Shown: piece by piece, positions 17,379 to 23,910 of the stretch
Numbering within the stretch: the first letter of the stretch is position 1
Layout of the letters: every line of letters begins with the position of its first letter
From: Nocardia coubleae NBRC 108252
GTDB taxonomy: Bacteria; Actinomycetota; Actinomycetes; Mycobacteriales; Mycobacteriaceae
Length of the DNA stretch: 24,000 bases
Direction of reading: 5' to 3'
Assembly (NCBI RefSeq): GCF_001612805.1
Contig: NZ_BDBD01000026.1
Location: 144,880-168,879 of the forward strand
Translations under genes and position numbers: made by a program
Notes under the pieces: model-generated
Seen by the model: only the letters and a program-made list of their open reading frames with translations
The model's database searches: none
Told to the model about the DNA's origin: nothing

Positions 17379-18361
17379 TGTTCGCCCGGCTGTGTTCGAT
17401 CGTGGCAGCGATCTCGGCGTCGATCGTGCTCACGGTCGGCACGGCCGGGGCCGACGTCTCCCGCCTCGACAGCGTCGAGCGGCCCGGTCAACGGCAGCAG
17501 ACGCTGCACGTGTACTCCGCGTCGATGGACCGGGTGATCCCACTGCGGGTCATCACACCCTTCGACACCAGCGAACCTCGCCCCACCCTGTATCTGCTGA
17601 ACGGTGCGGGCGGGGGCGAGGACGTGGCGAACTGGTACGACCAGACCGACATCGTCGAATTCTTCGCCGACAAGAACGTCAACGTCGTCACCCCCGCCGA
17701 GGGCGCGTTCTCCTACTACACCGACTGGCAGCGCGACGACCCGAAGCTCGGCCGCAACAAATGGCAGACCTTCCTCACCGAGGAACTACCACCGATCATC
17801 GATGCCACCCTCGACACCACCGGCGTGAATGCCATTGCGGGCCTGTCTATGTCGGCCACGGCCGCCTTGAACCTGGCCATCGCCGCGCCCGAGCGCTACC
17901 GTGCAGTCGGCGCTTTCAGCGGATGCGCCACGGTCGAAGATCCGATGAGCCGCGCGTTCATCGACCTCGTTCTGGCCCGCGCCGGCGCCGATCCGGTGAA
18001 CATGTGGGGCCCGCCCGACGACCCCGCCTGGCGGGCCAACGACGCCTACCTCAACGCGGATCGACTGCGCGGCAAGACGATCTACCTGTCCAGCGCCTCC
18101 GGGCTCCCCGGACCCGCCGAAACCCTTCCGCCCGGGGCGACTCCCGGCAAAGCCCTCGGCATGGCCAACCAGATCATGCTCGGCGGCGCCATCGAAGCGG
18201 CGGCCAACTTCTGTACTCAGCGGCTGGCTGCACGCCTGAACGAGTTGAACATCTCCGCGCACACCGTCTTCCGGCCTGCGGGCGCGCACACCTGGCACTA
18301 CTGGGAGCAAGATCTGCATGCCTCCTGGCCGTTGCTCGCCGCCGCCATCGGTACGGAATAG
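17378..18361 (+). CDS. Secreted esterase-family alpha/beta hydrolase (Antigen-85 / mycolyltransferase-like fold)
   Basis: The signal peptide is MFARLCSIVAAISASIVLTVGTAGA. Ag85/esterase-D-like motifs are present: LYLLNGAGGG, FLTEELPPII, the nucleophile elbow GLSMSA, and C-terminal GAHTWHYW (compare GTHSWEYW in Ag85). The product is 327 aa. Confidence 0.8.
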   Translation: MFARLCSIVAAISASIVLTVGTAGADVSRLDSVERPGQRQQTLHVYSASMDRVIPLRVITPFDTSEPRPTLYLLNGAGGGEDVANWYDQTDIVEFFADKNVNVVTPAEGAFSYYTDWQRDDPKLGRNKWQTFLTEELPPIIDATLDTTGVNAIAGLSMSATAALNLAIAAPERYRAVGAFSGCATVEDPMSRAFIDLVLARAGADPVNMWGPPDDPAWRANDAYLNADRLRGKTIYLSSASGLPGPAETLPPGATPGKALGMANQIMLGGAIEAAANFCTQRLAARLNELNISAHTVFRPAGAHTWHYWEQDLHASWPLLAAAIGTE

Positions 18362-18474
18362 CCAGTTACACAATCAGTTTCGGCGAGTCAAGCCCCCACA
18401 AGTTTCGGAAACGCTCTCGTTGAAACCCCCGATGTGACAGTTAGCTCTGCTCAGTTACCCGAGAGGTCCCCCCC

Positions 18475-18705
18475 ATGCACCGTCGAATGATCCGAGTCCT
18501 CGTCACCACCGCTGCTGTCGCGGGCATCGCCGCGGGCGCCACCTCCCCGGCCCTCGCCGCCCCCGCGCAGCCCGCGGTCATCGCCGAATCCGGCTCGTCA
18601 GGCACCGGTTCCGCCCTCGTCGACTTCCCCCTCGGTTTCATGATGATCCTCATCTGCGGCCCCTGGGCCTCCCCCGAACCCCACCCCAACCCGATCTGCC
18701 GCTGA
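18475..18705 (+). CDS. Small secreted protein of unknown function (76 aa)
   Basis: It has a clear signal peptide (MHRRMIRVLVTTAAVAGIAAGATSPALA-AP), a Ser/Gly-rich linker and a hydrophobic Cys-containing C-terminus (FPLGFMMILICGPW...PNPIC). A hairpin follows at 18721-18750. The ORF is short, so coding status is not certain. Confidence 0.5.
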   Translation: MHRRMIRVLVTTAAVAGIAAGATSPALAAPAQPAVIAESGSSGTGSALVDFPLGFMMILICGPWASPEPHPNPICR

Positions 18706-18720
18706 TCCGGACACACGAAC

Positions 18721-18750
18721 GGCGGGCAGCTTCCTCGGAAGCCGCCCGCC
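18721..18750. terminator. Bidirectional terminator hairpin between the small secreted-protein gene and fadA2
   Basis: GGCGGGCAGCTTCC-TCG-GAAGCCGCCCGCC forms a 13-bp stem with one bulged A. It lies 16 nt after the + strand stop and 14 nt after the - strand stop. Confidence 0.6.
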
Positions 18751-18763
18751 GTCGTCGTGCGTG

Positions 18764-20095
18764 CTAGCGCTCGATGATCGCGACGACGCCCTGGCCGCCC
18801 GCGGCGCAGATGGAGACCAGCGCGCGGCCGGAACCCTTCTCCGCCAGCATCTTCGCGGTCGAGGCGACGATGCGCCCGCCGGTCGCCGCGAACGGGTGGC
18901 CCGCGGCGAGCGAGGAACCGTTCACGTTGAGCTTGCTGCGGTCGATCGAGCCGAGCGCACCGTCGAGGCCGAGGCGCTCCTTGCAGTAGGCGTCGGACTC
19001 CCACGCGGCGAGCGTGCACAGCACCACGGAGGCGAAGGCCTCGTGGATCTCGTAGTAGTCGAAGTCCTGCAGCGTCAGGCCGTTGCGGGCAAGCAGACGC
19101 GGCACCGCGTAGGTGGGCGCCATCAGCAGGCCGTCGGGGCCGTGGATGTAGTCCACCGAGGCCACCTCGGAGTCCACCAGGTGCGCGAGCACCGGCAGCT
19201 TGCGCTCGGCGGCCCACTCGTCGGTCGACAGCAGCACCGCCGACGCGCCGTCGGTGAGCGGGGTGGAGTTGCCCGCGGTCATGGTGGCGTCGCCCAGCTT
19301 GGTGCCGAACACCGGCTTCAGCGTGGCCAGCTTCTCGACGGTCGAACCGGGACGCAGGTTGTCGTCGCGGGTCAGCCCGAGGAACGGGGTGATGAGGTCG
19401 TCGAAGAAGCCACGGTCGTAGGCGGCGGCCATGTTCTTGTGCGAGAGGTAGGCCAGCTCGTCCTGGGCCTCGCGGGAGACGCCGAATTCCTTGGCGGTGA
19501 TGGCGGCGTGCTCACCCATCGACAGCCCGGTGCGCGGCTCGGCGTTGCGCGGGATCTCGATGCCGAGCATCGAGGGCCGCAGCTGTCCGACCAGCTTGAG
19601 CCGGTCCTTGTTGGTCTTGGCGCGGTTGGCGTTGAGCATCCACTCGCGCATGTCCTCGCTCACGCCGATCGGCGCGTCGGAGGTGGTGTCGGTACCGCCG
19701 CCGATACCCGCTTCGATGCGGCCCATCGCGATCGCGTCGCCGACGGTCGCCACGGCCTGCAGGCCGGTGCCACAGGCGAGCTGCAGGTCGTGTGCGGGGG
19801 TGTAGGGCGAGAGCTTGGAGCCGAGCACGCTCTCACGGATCAGGCTGTGCTCGCCGACGCGCTTGAGCACGGCGCCGCCGACGACCATGCCGAGGCGTTC
19901 GCCCTGCAGGCCGAAGCGGCTGACCAGCCCGTCGAGGGTGGCGGTGAACATGTCCTGGTTGGACGCGTGCGCGTAGGCCTTGTCGGAGCGCGCGAACGGA
20001 ATTCGGTTACCGCCAACGATCGCGACCGGGCGCTGCGTCTTCGCGGTTTTGGCGGTACCTGCCTTGGCCGCCGTCGAGCGGGCTTTGCTTGTCAC
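18764..20095 (-). CDS. fadA2: Acetyl-CoA C-acyltransferase (thiolase), FadA2-like
   Basis: Thiolase motifs are present: [14 protein letters not shown], the active-site region [30 protein letters not shown] and [11 protein letters not shown] prefer the GTG at 20095, which is preceded by a GGAGAA RBS and gives 443 aa, matching mycobacterial FadA2 length as I remember it. The track starts at 20221 and 20134 would run across the shared operator. Confidence 0.85.
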   Translation of the reverse strand: MTSKARSTAAKAGTAKTAKTQRPVAIVGGNRIPFARSDKAYAHASNQDMFTATLDGLVSRFGLQGERLGMVVGGAVLKRVGEHSLIRESVLGSKLSPYTPAHDLQLACGTGLQAVATVGDAIAMGRIEAGIGGGTDTTSDAPIGVSEDMREWMLNANRAKTNKDRLKLVGQLRPSMLGIEIPRNAEPRTGLSMGEHAAITAKEFGVSREAQDELAYLSHKNMAAAYDRGFFDDLITPFLGLTRDDNLRPGSTVEKLATLKPVFGTKLGDATMTAGNSTPLTDGASAVLLSTDEWAAERKLPVLAHLVDSEVASVDYIHGPDGLLMAPTYAVPRLLARNGLTLQDFDYYEIHEAFASVVLCTLAAWESDAYCKERLGLDGALGSIDRSKLNVNGSSLAAGHPFAATGGRIVASTAKMLAEKGSGRALVSICAAGGQGVVAIIER

Positions 20096-20136
20096 TCGAG
20101 TTCTCCATGGTCTCGTCGGGTGATCGGTTGTCATCC

Positions 20137-20156
20137 AACTTACTCTGGAGTAAGTT
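20137..20156. promoter_or_regulatory. Candidate TetR operator at the centre of the fadA2/fabG4 divergent promoter: AACTTACTCTGGAGTAAGTT
   Basis: Near-perfect 20-bp palindrome with 9-bp arms. It is AT-rich in a ~70% GC context. It lies 41 nt from the fadA2 GTG (20095) and 40 nt from the fabG4 GTG (20197). Each arm reads TAAGTT (-10-like TANNNT) toward its gene. It shares AACTTAC-N6-GTAAG with the site at 11391-11410. Confidence 0.6.
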
Positions 20157-20196
20157 CGTTGTCGACACCGTACCCGCGAATGTGAAGGTAGGAACA

Positions 20197-21552
20197 GTGG
20201 CAGCCAAGAGCAAGGGCGCACCCAACCTCTACGGATCCTTCATCCACTCCGCCCCCGGCGCGTTCCTCGCGAGCAAGCTGGGCCTGCCCCAGCCCGCGGA
20301 GCTGCGCCGCTACAAGGCAGGCGAGCCCGCGCTTCCGGGCCCGGTGCTGCTCGGCGGCAAGGGTCGCCTCGCCGAGCCGATCCGTGCCCTGCTCACCGAT
20401 TACACCATCGCCGACTCGCTCGAGGCCGGAACCAAGTACGGCGCGCTGGTGTTCGATGCCACCGGCATCGACTCCATCGAGAAGCTCGAGCAGCTGTTCG
20501 AGTTCTTCCAGCCCGCCATGCGCAACATCGCGCCGTCGGGCCGCGTCGTGGTGCTCGGCAGCACGCCGGAGCTGGTCGGCTCGGTCGACGAGCAGATCGC
20601 CCAGCGCGCGCTCGAGGGCTTCACCCGGTCCGTGGCCAAGGAGCTGCTGCGCGGCGCCACCGCTCAGCTCGTCTACGTGCACCCCGAGGCCGGCTCCTCG
20701 GCCACGGGTGTCGAGTCGACCCTGCGCTTCCTGCTGTCGGCCAAGTCGGCCTTCGTCGACGGTCAGGTCATCCGCGTCGGCAAGGCCGAGTCGGTCGCAC
20801 CCGCCAGCTGGGACAAGCCCCTCGCGGGCAAGGTCGCCGTGGTCACCGGTGCCGCGCGCGGTATCGGCGCAACCATCGCCGAGGTGTTCGCCCGTGACGG
20901 CGCCACCGTGATCGTCGCCGACATCCCCGCCGCCGGTGAGGCCCTGTCCGAGACCGCCAACAAGGTCGGCGCCACCGCCCTGGCGCTCGACGTCACCGCG
21001 CCCGACGCCGCCGAGCGACTCGCCGAGTTCGCCACCGAGCGCTTCGGTGGCATCGACATCGTCGTCCACAACGCGGGCATCACCCGCGACAAGCTGCTCG
21101 CCAACATGGACGAGGGCCGCTGGAACTCGGTCATCAACGTCAACCTCGCCGCGCCGCACCGCATCACCTCCGGCCTCGTCGCCAAGGGTGTGCTCAAGGA
21201 AGGTGGCCGCGTGATCGACGTGTCCTCCATCGCGGGCATCGCGGGTAACCGCGGCCAGACCAACTACGGCGCGTCCAAGGCGGGCGTCATCGGCATGGTC
21301 GACGCCGAGGCGCCGCTGCTGTCGGAGAAGGGCATCACCATCAACGCGGTGGCCCCCGGCTTCATCGAAACCGCCATGACCGCCGCCATCCCCGTCGGCA
21401 CCCGCGAGGCGGGCCGCCTGATGAGCTCGCTGCTGCAGGGCGGTCAGACCGTCGACGTCGCCGAGACCATCGCCTACTTCGCCAGCCCGGCGTCGAACGC
21501 GGTGAGCGGCAACGTTGTTCGCGTCTGCGGGCAGAGCCTGATCGGCGCCTGA
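20197..21552 (+). CDS. fabG4: High-molecular-weight 3-oxoacyl-[ACP/CoA] reductase, FabG4-like (two-domain SDR)
   Basis: An N-terminal non-catalytic domain of about 200 aa is followed by an SDR domain. The SDR domain has [12 protein letters not shown] (TGxxxGxG), NNAG, and the catalytic S...YxxxK ([21 protein letters not shown]). The product aligns along its length with my recollection of Rv0242c. The GTG start at 20197 gives 451 aa. Confidence 0.88.
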   Translation: MAAKSKGAPNLYGSFIHSAPGAFLASKLGLPQPAELRRYKAGEPALPGPVLLGGKGRLAEPIRALLTDYTIADSLEAGTKYGALVFDATGIDSIEKLEQLFEFFQPAMRNIAPSGRVVVLGSTPELVGSVDEQIAQRALEGFTRSVAKELLRGATAQLVYVHPEAGSSATGVESTLRFLLSAKSAFVDGQVIRVGKAESVAPASWDKPLAGKVAVVTGAARGIGATIAEVFARDGATVIVADIPAAGEALSETANKVGATALALDVTAPDAAERLAEFATERFGGIDIVVHNAGITRDKLLANMDEGRWNSVINVNLAAPHRITSGLVAKGVLKEGGRVIDVSSIAGIAGNRGQTNYGASKAGVIGMVDAEAPLLSEKGITINAVAPGFIETAMTAAIPVGTREAGRLMSSLLQGGQTVDVAETIAYFASPASNAVSGNVVRVCGQSLIGA

Positions 21553-22421
21553 TGACCCAGACCATCACGCTCACCGAGATCCCGGGCAACGGCGCGCTGT
21601 ACGCGAAGGCGGCCATCGGCGCCGTCCCGCTGCCCGCGCCGCTCTCGGGCCGCAAGCCCGTCCTGCCCGACCGCCGGGTCGCCATCGAGGGTGTGCGGGT
21701 CGACCCCGACCACCTCGCTGCCTACTGCCACGCCACCGGCCTGCGCTTCGGCGACACCCTGCCGCTCACCTATCCGTTCGTCCTGGCGTTCCCGCTGATG
21801 ATGGAACTGCTCGTGGCGCGGGACTTCCCGTTCACCGCGGTGGGTTCGGTGCACTTCTCCAACGTCATCGAACGCACCCGTGAGATCTCGGCGGCCGAGC
21901 CGTTGGACTTCACCGTGCACACCGAGAACCTGCGCGAGCACCCGAAAGGCCTGCTGGTAGACGCGGTGACAGAGATCCGCGTCGGCCGGGAACTGGTGTG
22001 GCGTCAGGTGGCGACCATGCTGCACCAGCAGCGCACCTCGCTGTCCGGCGGTCCGAAGTCCGCACCCCCGCCGGAGGAGGTCCCCCCGCCGCCGCTGCGC
22101 GTGCAGCGTGTCGATCAGAAGATCATCAACCGCTACGCCGCCGCCTCGGGCGACCGCAACCCGATCCACGTCTCCGGAATCGGCGCCAAGGCAATGGGTT
22201 TCCCCACCACCATCGCCCACGGCATGTGGTCGGCGGCGACAATCCTCGGCACCATCGAGGGCCGTGTCCCCGAAAAGGCCACCTATACGGTCAAATTCGG
22301 TAAGCCGATCCTCCTGCCTGCCTCGGTGAACATCTACGCCGAGAAGGCCGACACCGGCTGGGATCTGTCGATGCTGCACCCCAAGAAGGGTTTCCCCCAC
22401 CTCACCGCCACCGTGCGCTGA
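21552..22421 (+). CDS. htdX: MaoC-like (R)-specific 3-hydroxyacyl-thioester dehydratase, HtdX-like
   Basis: Double hot-dog size (289 aa). The hydratase-2 motif is present (RYAAASGDRNPIHV). Its start overlaps the fabG4 stop (TGATG), which matches the conserved fabG4-htdX operon (Rv0242c-Rv0241c). Confidence 0.82.
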   Translation: MTQTITLTEIPGNGALYAKAAIGAVPLPAPLSGRKPVLPDRRVAIEGVRVDPDHLAAYCHATGLRFGDTLPLTYPFVLAFPLMMELLVARDFPFTAVGSVHFSNVIERTREISAAEPLDFTVHTENLREHPKGLLVDAVTEIRVGRELVWRQVATMLHQQRTSLSGGPKSAPPPEEVPPPPLRVQRVDQKIINRYAAASGDRNPIHVSGIGAKAMGFPTTIAHGMWSAATILGTIEGRVPEKATYTVKFGKPILLPASVNIYAEKADTGWDLSMLHPKKGFPHLTATVR

Positions 22422-22436
22422 GTTCTTCGTTGCCGG

Positions 22437-22472
22437 AAGGCCGCGTATCCCATTCGGGATATGCGGCCTTTT
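22437..22472 (+). terminator. Intrinsic-terminator-like hairpin after htdX
   Basis: AAGGCCGCGTATCCC-ATTC-GGGATATGCGGCCTT forms a 15-bp stem with one G.U pair and runs into TTTT. It starts 16 nt after the htdX stop. Confidence 0.65.
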
Positions 22473-22668
22473 CCGTTGCGCACGTGGTTATATGACGGGC
22501 AACCAGTAGCTATACAGTGTCAATCAAACCGGTTGCGCGACAATCGTTCTGGCTGATCGTTCCGTTACCGGTCCTGCGTGTGACATCAATCATGGTGTAC
22601 GCCAGGTATTAGCTGGGTAACAAGATAAGTTCGACACCGTGCCGAAAGATCGCGAGTACCTCGGGCTT

Positions 22669-22691
22669 CGGTTCGAATCCGCCTCGGAGCC
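22669..22691 (+). other. tRNA 3'-end remnant (T-arm plus acceptor strand), not an intact tRNA
   Basis: CGGTTCGAATCCGCCTCGGAGCC contains the canonical GGTTCGAATCC T-loop core, the 3' T-stem strand CCGCC and a 7-nt acceptor-like strand plus discriminator. The upstream ~50 nt cannot supply a matching 5' acceptor strand, D-arm or anticodon arm. Confidence 0.45.
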
Positions 22692-22937
22692 GCAACCGAC
22701 CGCTTGTACTGCAGTGTTCAACTTTTCCAGCTGGCATCGAGTTGTGGATTCCGAACGATCGTTCTGAAAACCTCGCACCGCTCTCCGATTATCTCTCGCT
22801 TGACGGCAAATGTTCAGCATTGCCCTGGCAAGTGCCCCGAAAACAAGTGTCTGCGGAACTGTCCGCCCCCCGTGTTAGAAACTTTCCAGTCGGCAACGCA
22901 GTCGGCAATCATGCTTAATACCAAGGGGTTTCACTTC

Positions 22938-23411
22938 ATGAAGAAGATCCGCACGCTCGGTTTCGGCATCGCCCTCGCGGCCGGTATCGCCATGTTCGGC
23001 ACCGGCGTGGCCTCCGCCGCCGAAGAGCCCGCAACCGGCTCCTCCGAAAGCCTGGCCGCCATCGTCGAGGCCCTGTCGTCCGGTTCGGCTGCTGCGGAGG
23101 ACCCGGCCGATCCGGGTACCGGTGGTGGCACCACCCCTGACGCCGCGCAGATCGCGGAGGAGCCGGAGACCGGTTCGTCCGACAGCCTGGCCGCGATCCT
23201 CGAGGCTCTGTCGTCCGGTTCGGCTGCTGCGGAGGACCCGACCGATCCGGGTACCGGTGGTGGCACCACCCCTGATGCCGCGCAGATCGCGGAGGAGCCG
23301 GAGACCGGTTCGTCCGACAGCCTGGCCGCGATCCTCGAGGCCCTGTCCTCCGGTTCGGCTGCTGCCGAAGACCCGACCGACCCGGGCACCGGCACCACCC
23401 CGACCCCGTAA
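22938..23411 (+). CDS. Secreted tandem-repeat protein (signal peptide plus 2.9 x 45-aa acidic Ser/Gly/Ala/Pro-rich repeats)
   Basis: The signal peptide is MKKIRTLGFGIALAAGIAMFGTGVASA-AEEP. Repeats of AEEPETGSSDSLAAILEALSSGSAAAEDPTDPGTGGGTTPDAAQI follow. An AAGGGG RBS lies 9 nt upstream of the ATG at 22938, and an in-frame ATG at 22911 lacks an RBS. The 78-codon upstream extension in the track crosses low-GC non-coding-looking DNA. Confidence 0.7.
   Translation: MKKIRTLGFGIALAAGIAMFGTGVASAAEEPATGSSESLAAIVEALSSGSAAAEDPADPGTGGGTTPDAAQIAEEPETGSSDSLAAILEALSSGSAAAEDPTDPGTGGGTTPDAAQIAEEPETGSSDSLAAILEALSSGSAAAEDPTDPGTGTTPTP
23019..23408 (+). repeat. 135-bp coding tandem repeat, 2.9 copies (23019-23153, 23154-23288, 23289-23408)
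   Basis: By direct comparison, copies 2 and 3 are identical over their first 53 nt and differ at about 6 positions over about 105 nt. Copy 1 matches copy 2 almost exactly over the 3' ~80 nt but diverges in the 5' half. Copy 3 is truncated with a 6-nt deletion (GGTGGT). Confidence 0.9.
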
Positions 23412-23463
23412 TTGCTCCGCAGCTGCCGGACTCTCACAAACCGCTACGGCTGTCGTTGAACAA

Positions 23464-23495
23464 CGAATGCCCCGCCGATCTCGGCGGGGCATTCG
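23464..23495. terminator. Bidirectional terminator hairpin between the repeat-protein gene and the XRE gene
   Basis: CGAATGCCCCGCCGA (23464-23478) and TCGGCGGGGCATTCG (23481-23495) are perfect reverse complements. They lie between two convergent stop codons (23411 and 23524). Confidence 0.65.
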
Positions 23496-23523
23496 TCGTA
23501 TACGCGGCACGAGGTCGCGACGC

Positions 23524-23910
23524 TCACAGATTGCGAGCGGCCCGAAAACCGTTGACGTACACGGCGATCTGACGGAGGTCCTGTTCGGACAGGCCGGCAA
23601 GATTGACGATCGCTTCGGCATCGCCGACTCCGGTGGCCGGTTCGGTCGGCTCGAGGCCGGCTTGCTCGAGGAGCGGTGCCGGGTCGAGGCCGACTGCTTC
23701 GGCCATGGCTTGCAGGGTCTCCGCTGTGGTGCTGGCTGGGACCTTCGCACCACGTTTGTACTGGACGCCGCTTTCCACCTGCGTCCACAGGCTCGCGCTG
23801 ATACGCGCTGCTTTTGCCGCGCGGTCCATCGTCATGTCACGTGCCTTGCGAGCTTGCCGCAGTGTTGCACTGACCTCTGAGGGGACCACCGCACTCCGAT
23901 GCCTCACCAT
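23524..23910 (-). CDS. XRE-family helix-turn-helix DNA-binding protein
   Basis: The HTH_3-like segment is LRQARKARDMTMDRAAKAARISASLWTQVESG. The product is 128 aa from the ATG at 23910; the track start at 23949 adds 13 Cys/Tyr-rich residues and is unlikely. Low-GC DNA lies upstream at the window edge. Confidence 0.7.
   Translation of the reverse strand: MVRHRSAVVPSEVSATLRQARKARDMTMDRAAKAARISASLWTQVESGVQYKRGAKVPASTTAETLQAMAEAVGLDPAPLLEQAGLEPTEPATGVGDAEAIVNLAGLSEQDLRQIAVYVNGFRAARNL

Noticed and set aside
17392-18423. 343-aa + strand ORF in an alternative frame of the esterase gene, and 17786-18373 on the minus strand
   Set aside because: The esterase frame carries the signal peptide and Ag85-like catalytic motifs. 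The alternative frames are Arg/His/Pro-rich.
18441-19217. 258-aa minus-strand ORF spanning the small secreted-protein gene and the fadA2 3' end
   Set aside because: It runs through the bidirectional terminator hairpin and overlaps the thiolase out of frame. Its product is an Arg/Gly/Pro/Ala-rich artefact.
20089-20221. Track start codons: ATG 20089 for fabG4, and 20221 (with the internal ATG 20134) for fadA2
   Set aside because: These starts would make the two divergent genes overlap each other and the central palindrome. They add N-terminal extensions ([14 protein letters not shown]..., [10 protein letters not shown]...) that I do not recall in the mycobacterial orthologues. RBS-preceded GTGs at 20197 and 20095 give orthologue-like lengths.
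18761-21159. Long antisense ORFs opposite fadA2 (18761-20185 +) and fabG4 (20140-21159 -), and 21474-22400 (-) opposite htdX
   Set aside because: They are antisense to three enzymes with clear catalytic motifs and show typical high-GC artefact composition.
22615-22694. Possible intact tRNA gene around the GGTTCGAATCC motif
   Set aside because: The 5' T-stem strand pairs at only 3 of 5 positions. No 5' acceptor strand complementary to TCGGAGC exists upstream, and I could find no D-arm or anticodon arm. I treat it as a remnant only.
22590-22820. 76-aa minus-strand ORF, plus the 5' extension (22704-22937) of the repeat-protein ORF, in the low-GC gap
   Set aside because: There is no RBS, the products are Cys/Arg/Ser/Asn-rich and odd in composition, and the GC content and codon pattern are unlike the surrounding genes. 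A 22-aa + strand ORF (22810-22878, MFSIALASAPKTSVCGTVRPPC) also lacks an RBS and was not called.
22875-23753. 292-aa and 168-aa minus-strand ORFs, and a 252-aa + strand ORF (23122-23880), overlapping the tandem repeat and the XRE gene
   Set aside because: Their repetitiveness simply mirrors the tandem repeat read in other frames. They cross a strong bidirectional hairpin at 23464-23495 and have no signal or motif content. The + strand frame starting at 22938 has a canonical signal peptide.
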